In this document: positions 1-8,525 of the stretch, piece by piece
Numbering within the stretch: the stretch's first letter is position 1
Layout of the letters: each line of letters starts with the position of its first letter
Assembly: GCA_944368945.1 (NCBI GenBank)
Contig: CALVXH010000002.1
Span: 1 to 45,944 of the forward strand
DNA from: an uncultured Bacilli bacterium
GTDB taxonomy: Bacteria > Bacillota_I > Bacilli_A > RFN20 > CAG-826
Direction: 5' to 3'
DNA length: 45,944 nt
Position numbers and translations under genes: made by a program
The notes under the pieces: generated by a model
What the model saw: only the letters and a program-made list of their open reading frames with translations
What the model was told of the DNA's origin: nothing
The model's database searches: none

Positions 1-144
1 GAAAAGCAAAAAACTGCATTTGGTCTGGCAAACTGCGCATTTGCTTATGAACCTGCATTTAGTTTGTCAGTTGGCGAACAATTTTACTTAATTTTATACT
101 TGACTAGTGTTATCAAATTTTTGTTGACATTTTTAGGTTGGTAA
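1..144 (+). CDS. possible 3' end of a CDS entering from outside the window (hydrophobic C-terminus ...GEQFYLILYLTSVIKFLLTFLGW*)
   Basis: Frame 1 is open from base 1 to TAA 142-144 (47 codons). It is absent from the ORF track because no start lies in the window. The stop sits at the foot of an 8-bp hairpin (143-150/155-162). No family recognised. Confidence 0.25.
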   Translation, partial: EKQKTAFGLANCAFAYEPAFSLSVGEQFYLILYLTSVIKFLLTFLGW

Positions 145-240
145 ACATACTTATGTATGTTTAATCTTTGAACTGTTTATGTCTTTGTTTGCTCCCTTTT
201 TTGCAAGTCTCTTAGCTGATGGCTTTTTAAATTTTTCCGA

Positions 241-798
241 CTATAAGTCGGAAGGAGCTGACCAAAAGTTACATTTTTTATCGGTTTCAAAAAAGCGGAA
301 CAGTTTTCTTATAGCATATCCTAATAGATGAATCATAATTTCAGAAATAGTCTCTTCCATACCTCTTCTTCTAAAACGAGTAAATGAATAATTCTGTTTT
401 AAGTCTCCATAAACACAGATACATTTAATAATTTTAGAAAATAGATCTTCTCGTTCTGAATAAATAACTTTATCTATGAATTTGCATATTGTTGAGAAAG
501 TAGACATTTCTTTTCTCATTAAATATTTGCAACGTAAATCGAATTTACATAAGCCTTCAATTTGCCTTAAAGTTGCTTTAGAGAAAGCAAAAGAATATAA
601 AGTTGTAGCAAACAATCTATAGTAATTTACATTAGGTCTATCGCCTTTTTTTGTATTATTTTTAATGTATTTTGAAATATTTTCCCCAACTTTAGAATCG
701 TCAAAAAGTGTGAGAAATTTGTTAATTTTTTGACTTTCCTTAACATCTAGTCGTGTAGGAATGTCCAAAAATAGCTGAGTTGTGGTAAAATAACCCAT
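241..798 (-). mobile_element. IS1182-family-like transposase relic, internally deleted (N- and C-terminal parts fused in frame, DDE core missing)
   Basis: 185-aa ORF from ATG 798 with AGGAG at 813-809; the track start at 819 is a TTG. The N-terminal stretch GDRPNVNYYRLFATTLYSFAF..TLRQIEGLCKFDLRCKYLM...FSTICKFI follows the G.P.Y.P..M.K.LLY.Y....S.R.IE....D....WL......TI..F pattern of IS1182/IS5-type N-terminal domains. The C-terminal FTRFRRRGMEETISEIMIHLLGYAIRKL matches the conserved GF.RF..RG..KV..E..L...A.N..K tail. The roughly 250-300 aa catalytic core normally between them is absent. Confidence 0.5.
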
Positions 799-832
799 AT
801 ATAATAATCTCCTAAGCAAAGATTATTATATT

Positions 833-866
833 AACGCCAATAAAATATCGCAAATTGGCGTTTTTT
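833..866. terminator. stem-loop with flanking A/T runs (putative terminator between the M50-like gene and the IS relic)
   Basis: AACGCCAAT (833-841) pairs with ATTGGCGTT (854-862) around a 12-nt loop. TTTT follows on the plus strand (863-866). On the minus strand it lies 45 nt downstream of the stop of the 907-2070 gene, but there it lacks a clean U-run. Confidence 0.4.
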
Positions 867-906
867 ATAAAAATGAAAAGACTGTTAATAACTTTGCAAA
901 TCTTAG

Positions 907-2070
907 TTATTCAACAACCTTTTTTTCGTCATCTTTTAATTCAGGATTTACACTATATACTTTTTCTAAAGCTTTATTTATTAAAATTCCTTCTTTAATT
1001 GCTTCACCATCACTTACTTTTTTATCAAGTTTCTTCTTTCTATCAATTGCAAAGTCTATTTCACTTTTTGTTTTTTCAACTAATCCTTCATATAATATGT
1101 AGACTCTTATTTCAGAATAATCTTTGCATGATCTAATTTTCGATTTCATATCGTTATCAAATGTATCTATGTAGAATTTACTGGCTTCTTCTAACTCTTC
1201 ATTCATAAACATTAAATAAGCCTTGGTTAATAAAAATTCAACTTTAGTTGATCTCGAAATCTTTTTATCTTCTTTTAATGTTAAGTCAATTATATTTGAA
1301 GCTTCATCGTACTTATCATGTTCTAATTTATCTAAAACAATTTCCATATTAGTTCTAGCTGTAAAATCAGTAATGACAGTAAATGGTTCAAGTTCTTTAA
1401 CTGGTCTATTAAAAAATTTATTAGCTTCAACTTCAAGTTTTAAATTATAAGCTTCAACATTAACTTTTTTATTTAATAAAACAAGTCTATATCCATCAGT
1501 TAGTGTATCCATTCTTGCTGGGAAATAATTATAAACAATAAAGCATCCGGCAATTGCTGCAAGCACTACTACACCATATTTAACATATAATAAAATTTGA
1601 TCTGTGCTTGTACTACTTGGTATAAAATTCATTACGCAGTATAAAGCAACGAACTCTAATAACATTAAAATTAATGGTATGAATACATAAAACATCGGAT
1701 TAGATTTATCTTTTTTAGGTTCAATAAGTGTTTCGCCCGTAAATCCATCAAAAGATTTAAATTTAAACTTTGTAACTAGTTTTCCATTTTCTTCTTTTTT
1801 ATAAAAGCATAATCCTAAAATATTAAATAATATAACATTATATCCACCGAGTTTTGCTCCAATTAAATGGCCAATTTCTAATAAAATTACGTTAATTAAG
1901 ACCGAAATTATTAAAGCGAGTAATAAAAAAGCAAAGTTACTTCCTGCGCTTACTGCTAAATATCCTTCTTCCATTGCTGGACGAATTACAGTAAATCCAG
2001 TAACTAAAATAATTACAGCCATTAGTATATATATAAATATGCTATAAAAATCTTCTCTTGTCATAGTCAT
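907..2070 (-). CDS. polytopic membrane protein with a site-2-protease (M50)/zincin-like N-terminal domain (LEIGH instead of HExxH) and a ~190-aa soluble helical C-terminal domain
   Basis: 387-aa ORF with GGAGG 5 nt upstream of the ATG. LLEIGHLIGAKLGGYNV (res 63-79) resembles the M50 HE[LF]GH..AA..G motif. YNYFPARMDTLTDGY (res 180-194) resembles the NxxPxxxLDG second motif. About 5 hydrophobic segments precede a charged helical tail. Confidence 0.5.
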   Translation of the reverse strand: MTMTREDFYSIFIYILMAVIILVTGFTVIRPAMEEGYLAVSAGSNFAFLLLALIISVLINVILLEIGHLIGAKLGGYNVILFNILGLCFYKKEENGKLVTKFKFKSFDGFTGETLIEPKKDKSNPMFYVFIPLILMLLEFVALYCVMNFIPSSTSTDQILLYVKYGVVVLAAIAGCFIVYNYFPARMDTLTDGYRLVLLNKKVNVEAYNLKLEVEANKFFNRPVKELEPFTVITDFTARTNMEIVLDKLEHDKYDEASNIIDLTLKEDKKISRSTKVEFLLTKAYLMFMNEELEEASKFYIDTFDNDMKSKIRSCKDYSEIRVYILYEGLVEKTKSEIDFAIDRKKKLDKKVSDGEAIKEGILINKALEKVYSVNPELKDDEKKVVE

Positions 2071-2147
2071 CCTCCATATTGATCAAACGTCTAATAAGAG
2101 GTTTACTTTTATTAATTTTAAAAGCGAAACACTATTATGTAAACATT

Positions 2148-2681
2148 TTAATTTAATTGCTTATAATTTTTAACTAAGTAATCTATCAAATCTTTGTTTA
2201 TTAAATATGTTATTTTTTGATATATCTCATCTTTTAAATAATCTTCATGCGCAAAATAATATAAAATTTGAGAACTTGTTGCTTTGCTTAAATATCTACT
2301 TATATCTCTAATTCCATCAATTCTTAAATCATACATTTTAAGTAAGTTATTCATTGAGCGATATAAATAGCTAAATGAAAATTCTTCTAATACATCCTTA
2401 GCACTACTTTTTAATATTTCTCTATTCAAATCTTCATTAGAAAATAAATAATTAATTAAATTAATAATGATAGTTTCAAAATCATCTCCATCATTTACTT
2501 TAAGTTCGTTGCCTTCAAATAAAGAATATATAACATCATATATATTTTTATAATGGTAATAAAAAGATTGCCTTTTTATGTTTAAAGTTTCACAAATCAT
2601 TCTTACATCAATAGATTCTATATCATGATTTTTAAGTAAATTTATAAACGTCTTTTTAATTTCTTCTTCTGTGTTTTTCAT
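2148..2681 (-). CDS. TetR/AcrR-family transcriptional regulator (DhaS-like short type)
   Basis: N-terminal HTH IKKTFINLLKNHDIESIDVRMICETLNIKRQSFYYHYKNIYDVI is typical of TetR_N. The start overlaps the upstream ATPase gene by 26 nt. Confidence 0.85.
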   Translation of the reverse strand: MKNTEEEIKKTFINLLKNHDIESIDVRMICETLNIKRQSFYYHYKNIYDVIYSLFEGNELKVNDGDDFETIIINLINYLFSNEDLNREILKSSAKDVLEEFSFSYLYRSMNNLLKMYDLRIDGIRDISRYLSKATSSQILYYFAHEDYLKDEIYQKITYLINKDLIDYLVKNYKQLN

Positions 2682-5157
2682 GTTTAACCTTTTTTAGTAA
2701 TCTCGTGAATATATTATCATTTTTATTTGCTAATAGGTAATTAATAAGCCACTTAATAGCAAAAGCACATAAAATAATAATGAGGACAACAACTATATTA
2801 ATTATCGCTTCTGATGAGAGATATCGTGGCACACTTTGAGGATATAAATCTAGCCAATTAGTCCCATATATTGACCAAATAAATAATGCTAAAAATAATA
2901 CTGAAGCCACTAAAAAGACAATACTACGGTATTTGTTTAATGGGAAGCAAACTTCGAATAAGACTATCATTGCACTAAAAGATAAAACGTATGTAGCTAT
3001 TGTTCTATACATATCTCTATTGCCGTTATAAGCACCATTAAAGACAAAATAGAAATAAAGTAACATTATAGAAACTGCTAAAATAATGGCGTTTGGGAGG
3101 GCTTTTTTTACAATATTCTTAATAAATCCACCTTTTATTCTTTCGTTATTTGGTTCAAGAGCTAATAAGAAAGCACTAACGCCAATTGCACAGAATTCCC
3201 ACGCATAGAAACTGGATGGCGAAAATGGCCAACCATAACCAGTAGCAAACCTAAATAGTAAAAAGAATATATTCAAAATAATAGAAAATGATGTTTTGAC
3301 TAAAAATAACGAACATGTTCTTTCAAGGTTATTAATAACTCTTCTTCCTTGTGCGACTATAGAAGGTAAAGAACTAAACATATTATCAATTAAGATTAAG
3401 TTAGATAAATCTTTAGCAGCACTAGCGCCATTAGCAACACTAATCGAAACTTCACTCGCCTTAAAAGCCAAAATGTCATTAACTCCATCTCCAAACATAG
3501 CTACAGTATGCCCATCTTGTTTTAAAGATTCTACAATAAACTTTTTTTGCTCTGGAGATACTCTACCAAAAACCGTATTTTTCTTAGCGAGTTCTTTAAC
3601 TTCCTCTTCAGTTTTGTTTGCTAGTGAAACACCATGTTCTGCATTTTTTAATTTAACATCAGTAGCAATTTTTTGGACTGTTAAATAGTTATCTCCACTA
3701 ATAACTTTTATATCAACATCATTATTCTTAAACCAATCAAGAATAATTTTAGCATCATCTTTTATGTGATCTTCAATAACTACTATTGCTATACAAACTA
3801 AATCGTTTGGCAAAGAATCATCATTATTAATTGAATTTTTCGAATATCCAACAACCAGTGTTCTTTCCCCAGCAGAACTTAAAGAGTTTAATTTATTTTC
3901 AATAAACTCATCTTTTGGAAGATTAAAAAAGCCATAAGCGCCAACTACAATTGTTCCTAAGTTATTTAATGTTGCAGCACTATATTTCTTTTCACTATCA
4001 AACTTAATAATCTTATCTTTTTTGTAATAGGCTTCATCACCAAAGCGCTTTAATAACGCTAATGCTGTAAAATTAGTATCTTGCACAGCAGCATTAAAAG
4101 ACGACATTATATTATTAAAATCTTGTAAAACTGGATAATTTTTATCAATTTTTATATATTCTTTAACTGACATTGTACCATCCGTAATTGTTCCTGTTTT
4201 ATCAATACAAAGAGTATCAATTCTAGCTAATGTATCTAACGAATACATATCATTAACTAAAACATTTGTTTTTGTAAGGCTGATAACACCAGCTGTTAAT
4301 GAAGTTGAAGCAAGCAAATACATTCCACTTGGAATTAAAGATATAATCGCTCCAGCTAAAGGTTTTACTAACGAGGATCTAACAACATCCATTGTAATTT
4401 CAACATTAGAATTTAATAACGAAACAACTCCTGCTGTAATTTGAGCAGCACCTAATATAACAACAAAAAAAGTAATAACTTTAAATATCTGGTTTAGTTG
4501 AATATATAGTTGAGACCTTGATGCCTTAAATTCTTTAGATTGTTTTTGAAGTTTATTAATATAATTATCTCCAGCTATTTTATCAATTCTACAAATAACT
4601 TCTCCGCTAGTAATATAACTTCCACTTAAAAGCAATGATCCTTTTTCTTTTTTAACAGCTTCACTTTCGCCAGTTAAAATAGATTCATTACAACTGCACT
4701 TTCCTCTAAGAACGACCGAATCACAAGGAATTAAATCATTACCTTTTAAAATAACAATATCATCCAAAAAGAGTTCATCACTATATACTTCATGTTTTCT
4801 TCCTTCTCTGATTACGGTTATTTTATTTTTTTGAACAAGTGTTAACTTATCTACAATTATTTTAGCTCTTATATCTTGAAATAAACCAATTCCTAAATTA
4901 GCAATCAAAATGACCATGAATATTAAATTGGTCCATAAAGAGAAGTAAACAAGAATCGCAGCAATTACTAATAGAAGTATATTAAAAAAAGTAAATACAT
5001 TTTTAAAAATTATTTGAAAATAATTAACTTTTGTAGAATGTTTCTCTTTATTTATCGCTCTATGATTAATTCTCTCTTGAATTTGATCATCATTAAGCCC
5101 TTCATCTGGAGAAACATCATAGTAACGTATGTATTTCCCTTTAATAATCTCCATCAT
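2656..5157 (-). CDS. P-type (E1-E2, HAD superfamily) cation-translocating ATPase, substrate unknown
   Basis: Motifs present: phosphorylation motif CIDKTGTITDG, actuator TGES (LTGESEAV) and hinge GDGVNDILAF. It has an N-terminal GLNDDQIQERI...N segment like P2-type pumps and about 10 TM segments. The TM4 motif is IPSGMY rather than PEGL or CPC. Confidence 0.9.
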   Translation of the reverse strand: MMEIIKGKYIRYYDVSPDEGLNDDQIQERINHRAINKEKHSTKVNYFQIIFKNVFTFFNILLLVIAAILVYFSLWTNLIFMVILIANLGIGLFQDIRAKIIVDKLTLVQKNKITVIREGRKHEVYSDELFLDDIVILKGNDLIPCDSVVLRGKCSCNESILTGESEAVKKEKGSLLLSGSYITSGEVICRIDKIAGDNYINKLQKQSKEFKASRSQLYIQLNQIFKVITFFVVILGAAQITAGVVSLLNSNVEITMDVVRSSLVKPLAGAIISLIPSGMYLLASTSLTAGVISLTKTNVLVNDMYSLDTLARIDTLCIDKTGTITDGTMSVKEYIKIDKNYPVLQDFNNIMSSFNAAVQDTNFTALALLKRFGDEAYYKKDKIIKFDSEKKYSAATLNNLGTIVVGAYGFFNLPKDEFIENKLNSLSSAGERTLVVGYSKNSINNDDSLPNDLVCIAIVVIEDHIKDDAKIILDWFKNNDVDIKVISGDNYLTVQKIATDVKLKNAEHGVSLANKTEEEVKELAKKNTVFGRVSPEQKKFIVESLKQDGHTVAMFGDGVNDILAFKASEVSISVANGASAAKDLSNLILIDNMFSSLPSIVAQGRRVINNLERTCSLFLVKTSFSIILNIFFLLFRFATGYGWPFSPSSFYAWEFCAIGVSAFLLALEPNNERIKGGFIKNIVKKALPNAIILAVSIMLLYFYFVFNGAYNGNRDMYRTIATYVLSFSAMIVLFEVCFPLNKYRSIVFLVASVLFLALFIWSIYGTNWLDLYPQSVPRYLSSEAIINIVVVLIIILCAFAIKWLINYLLANKNDNIFTRLLKKVKHEKHRRRN

Positions 5158-7967
5158 TCACTCCTTAAAGCAATAACGGGGTCCTTTCTAGCAGCAGCTC
5201 TTGCTGGTAATAAACTACTCAAAAATGTTAACGCAACAGAAATTAAAATCAAAATGATGATACTAACATAACTTAAATCAGCAATGTTGCCAATTCCATA
5301 ACTTGGATATAAAGCATTAATTATTATATTGATTGGTATAGTGATTATATAAGCAACAAAACATCCTATAACACCACTTCCAAATCCAATAAATACACAC
5401 TCTGCTTCAAATAAGTTACCAACATCTCTTTTTCTTGCACCTAACGCTCTTAAAATACCAATTTCTTTAGTTCTTTCAATAACACTAACATAAGTAATGA
5501 TTCCAGTCATAACGCAACTTACAACAAGAGAGATCGAGGCAAATACAATTAATACAACTGAAAGTATATCAATTAGTTCTGTCATTCCTGAAGTAAACGC
5601 TCCAATAAGATCAGTATAAATAACAACTTCATCCTTATTAGCAGCATGATCACTAACATTACTAGGGTCAATTTTGTTAAAAGAATCTAAGGCACTTAAT
5701 AGTTTTTCTTTGCTAGTTAAGTCCACTGGGAATATAATAACATTTTCTATGTTATTATAACTATTCATATATCCTATCAAACTAACAATATATGGGTAAG
5801 CTTCATATAAAGAGTCATTCATTCCAAAACTATATTCAGTTAAATATTTTAAAATCATTCCAAAATATTCTGTTAAAGTTGTAATTCCACCGTTTTTCAA
5901 CTCATCATTTACAATATCTGCTCCAATTGTATGTGCCCATGTTAAATAATCGTCTATTTTATATAGCCCATCCTCTTCACTTGATTTTTCACCTGAAAAT
6001 ATTGAATAAAAATCAAAATATTTATCGAATATTGAATTAAAACTATCGGCATATCCAGAAGAATTTGCACTAGTTGAAATAGCTCCTGATATATTTTGTA
6101 AATCTTTTAAGAAATCAGATACTTTAGCATCTTCTTTCCATGTAACATTGTTTTTAATATTTTCATAGATTGAGTCTTGATCATTTTCATCAACAAGATA
6201 GTTTTGTAGCGATTTTTGATAACATAATCCAGGAGACATTGTTTGTAATAATGTACCTTTTTTAGGTCTTAATATACCAACAACTTTTAATTCAATACCT
6301 TTGTCAGAATCGTTAAATAATTCATTAATATCATTTTCACTATAGTAATAAATTTCTTTATCGCTCATAGAAACAGTTTTATGATTTTCACTATAGTATT
6401 CTTTGTTTGTAAAAACTTTGTATTTTTTATTTAATATTTGATCAAAAGTAACCGGATTTTCTAAAGCATACTCTTCTGAAATTGTGTCATCATTTTTGTC
6501 ATAAAAACCTAACTCTTTTAAAGCTTCAAACGGAATCTGATTTCTGCTATCAACCATTAGCATTAATTCGTTTTTATTATCTGGTTTTGCATATCGCCCA
6601 GCTAAAACATCATATGCACTCATATCTCCATAAAGAACATGAAAGAAATTAGTTGGTAAACCAGTAAATGAAGTAATCATGTCACCTAAAGAGACAAAAC
6701 TTCCGTTTTTTACCTTATAAGCTTCATTAGTTACAGGATTTGCTGTTGTTAAGTTAAAAGAATATTCATCAGAATATGAAATAATATAATCGCTAATTAT
6801 TCCTTCTTCATTTTTAAGTTTTTCCAAATAATTAACGTACTTTTGCGTGATATTATTGTAAGAAATCTCAGGAGTTCCAACATTTTCTTTAGTAGGAACA
6901 ACATAATCTTCATCGCTGTATTCAGGGTTTGCGACAAAGTTAGGATCCTTTTTATAAGTTATAGAATAAGAAGAAACATTTATTGGCATTTGACTTGCTG
7001 TTTCTTTTTCAATATTAGAAATATAGTTACTAAATCCATTATTAACACTTAAAACTAAAGCGACACCTATAATACCAAAACTACCTGCAATGGCTGTCAT
7101 TATAGTCCTACCTTTTTTTGTTAATAAATTTTTAAAAGATAACTTTAAAGATGTTCTAAAAGACATAGAAGATTTCTTTTCTTTATGTACCTTTTTCTTT
7201 CTTAGTTTCTTTTCATCGATAATATCAAAATCTTTTAACGAAACATTATTTTGATATTGTTTATCTTCTTCCTCTTTAATTTTATCAATAACATTTGAGT
7301 ATGTATCTTTGATAACTAATCCATCTTTAAATTCAATTATTCTTTCACTATATTTTTCTGCTAACTCCCTATTATGAGTAACCATAATTACAAGTTTTTC
7401 ATGACTAATTTCTTTTAAAATTTCCATGATTTGTACACTAGTTACGCTATCAAGGGCACCAGTAGGTTCATCAGCTAAAATAATTTCAGGATCATTTATT
7501 AAAGCACGAGCAATAGCAACTCTTTGCATCTGCCCACCACTTAATTGATTAGGAATTTTATTGTAAAGCCCACTAAGTCCAACAGAATCCAGAGCAGCTT
7601 TAGCTTTTTTGTTTCTTTCTTTTTTAGAAACTCCATCTAGAGTTAAACTCATTGCAACATTGTCTAAAATGTTTAATTGAGGGATTAAATTGTATGATTG
7701 AAAAACAAAACCTATTCTTTTGTTTCTATAATTATCCCAATCTTTATCATCGTAAGTTTTTGTAGATTGTCCTTCAATTAATAAGTCGCCTGATGTGTAT
7801 TTATCAAGACCTCCGATAATATTAAGCATCGTAGTTTTGCCACTACCAGAAGCTCCCAAAATTGAACAAAATTGCTTTTTTGGAAAGTATAAACTAATTC
7901 CTCTCAAAGCTTTGAAAGGCTTTTTATCTACATAGTAATCCTTTGTGATGTTTTTGATTTCTAACAT
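5154..7967 (-). CDS. fused ABC transporter ATPase + FtsX/MacB-type permease with very large extracytoplasmic domain
   Basis: N-terminal NBD with Walker A GASGSGKTT, signature LSGGQMQR, Walker B ILADEPTGALD and H-loop VTHN. TM1 is at about res 288-309, followed by an ~485-aa hydrophilic domain and a C-terminal FtsX-type bundle (RTKEIGILRALGARKRDV). SD GAGGGA lies upstream. The 4-nt ATGA overlap with the P-type ATPase start indicates coupling. Confidence 0.9.
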   Translation of the reverse strand: MLEIKNITKDYYVDKKPFKALRGISLYFPKKQFCSILGASGSGKTTMLNIIGGLDKYTSGDLLIEGQSTKTYDDKDWDNYRNKRIGFVFQSYNLIPQLNILDNVAMSLTLDGVSKKERNKKAKAALDSVGLSGLYNKIPNQLSGGQMQRVAIARALINDPEIILADEPTGALDSVTSVQIMEILKEISHEKLVIMVTHNRELAEKYSERIIEFKDGLVIKDTYSNVIDKIKEEEDKQYQNNVSLKDFDIIDEKKLRKKKVHKEKKSSMSFRTSLKLSFKNLLTKKGRTIMTAIAGSFGIIGVALVLSVNNGFSNYISNIEKETASQMPINVSSYSITYKKDPNFVANPEYSDEDYVVPTKENVGTPEISYNNITQKYVNYLEKLKNEEGIISDYIISYSDEYSFNLTTANPVTNEAYKVKNGSFVSLGDMITSFTGLPTNFFHVLYGDMSAYDVLAGRYAKPDNKNELMLMVDSRNQIPFEALKELGFYDKNDDTISEEYALENPVTFDQILNKKYKVFTNKEYYSENHKTVSMSDKEIYYYSENDINELFNDSDKGIELKVVGILRPKKGTLLQTMSPGLCYQKSLQNYLVDENDQDSIYENIKNNVTWKEDAKVSDFLKDLQNISGAISTSANSSGYADSFNSIFDKYFDFYSIFSGEKSSEEDGLYKIDDYLTWAHTIGADIVNDELKNGGITTLTEYFGMILKYLTEYSFGMNDSLYEAYPYIVSLIGYMNSYNNIENVIIFPVDLTSKEKLLSALDSFNKIDPSNVSDHAANKDEVVIYTDLIGAFTSGMTELIDILSVVLIVFASISLVVSCVMTGIITYVSVIERTKEIGILRALGARKRDVGNLFEAECVFIGFGSGVIGCFVAYIITIPINIIINALYPSYGIGNIADLSYVSIIILILISVALTFLSSLLPARAAARKDPVIALRSE

Positions 7968-8007
7968 GGCGTTCCCTCTAATTAATGTGCTTAAATAGAT
8001 TACAACA

Positions 8008-8029
8008 TTATTAAAATATATTTTAATAA
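8008..8029. promoter_or_regulatory. 22-nt perfect palindrome in the promoter region of the ABC/P-ATPase/TetR operon (candidate operator)
   Basis: TTATTAAAATA|TATTTTAATAA has 11 + 11 perfectly complementary positions. It lies 41-62 nt upstream of the ABC start codon (7967). It is AT-only, so a chance or low-complexity origin is possible. Confidence 0.3.
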
Positions 8030-8069
8030 AAATTTTACATTTAAGTAAAAATTAAGATATTCATTACAA

Positions 8070-8525
8070 TTATTTTCTTTTATTGCTAAAAAATTCATCT
8101 AAAATTATCTTTGCTTTTTTAGATAAAACTCCATTTTTAATAGTTAAATTATTAGCTTGGTATTTTGTTAAATCAATCTTTCCGCCAAACCCACCCATAA
8201 GAGGGTCAACATTCGAAAAGACAACTCTTTCAAATCTAGCTTGTAAGATTGCTTCTGCGCACATTATGCAAGGTTCAAGTGTTACATAAATTGTATGATT
8301 TTCTAATCGCCAGTTATTTTCTTTTTTTGAAGCTTTTCTAATTGCAATTATTTCTGCATGTCCCGTAACATCTTTAGTTTTTTCTTTTTTATTGTGCGCT
8401 TTAGAAACAATCGAATGAGTCTTATTATTTACGATAACAGCACCAACTGGAATTTCATTTTCTAATAGCGCTTTGTTAGCCTCTTTTAAAGCGATAGTCA
8501 TATAGTAATTATCATCTTTTATCAT
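8070..8525 (-). CDS. tadA: tRNA adenosine(34) deaminase
   Basis: CDA zinc motifs HAEIIAIRKA and PCIMCAEAI; 151 aa; position next to the SRP RNA as in Bacillus. Confidence 0.9.
   Translation of the reverse strand: MIKDDNYYMTIALKEANKALLENEIPVGAVIVNNKTHSIVSKAHNKKEKTKDVTGHAEIIAIRKASKKENNWRLENHTIYVTLEPCIMCAEAILQARFERVVFSNVDPLMGGFGGKIDLTKYQANNLTIKNGVLSKKAKIILDEFFSNKRK

Noticed and set aside
14-60. Three copies of CTGC(GC)ATTT within the first 60 nt, initially suspected to be IS subterminal repeats or operator sites
   Set aside because: They fall in phase with the open frame 1-144 and encode repeated Ala-Phe dipeptides. They are more simply explained as coding sequence at the 3' end of a truncated gene.
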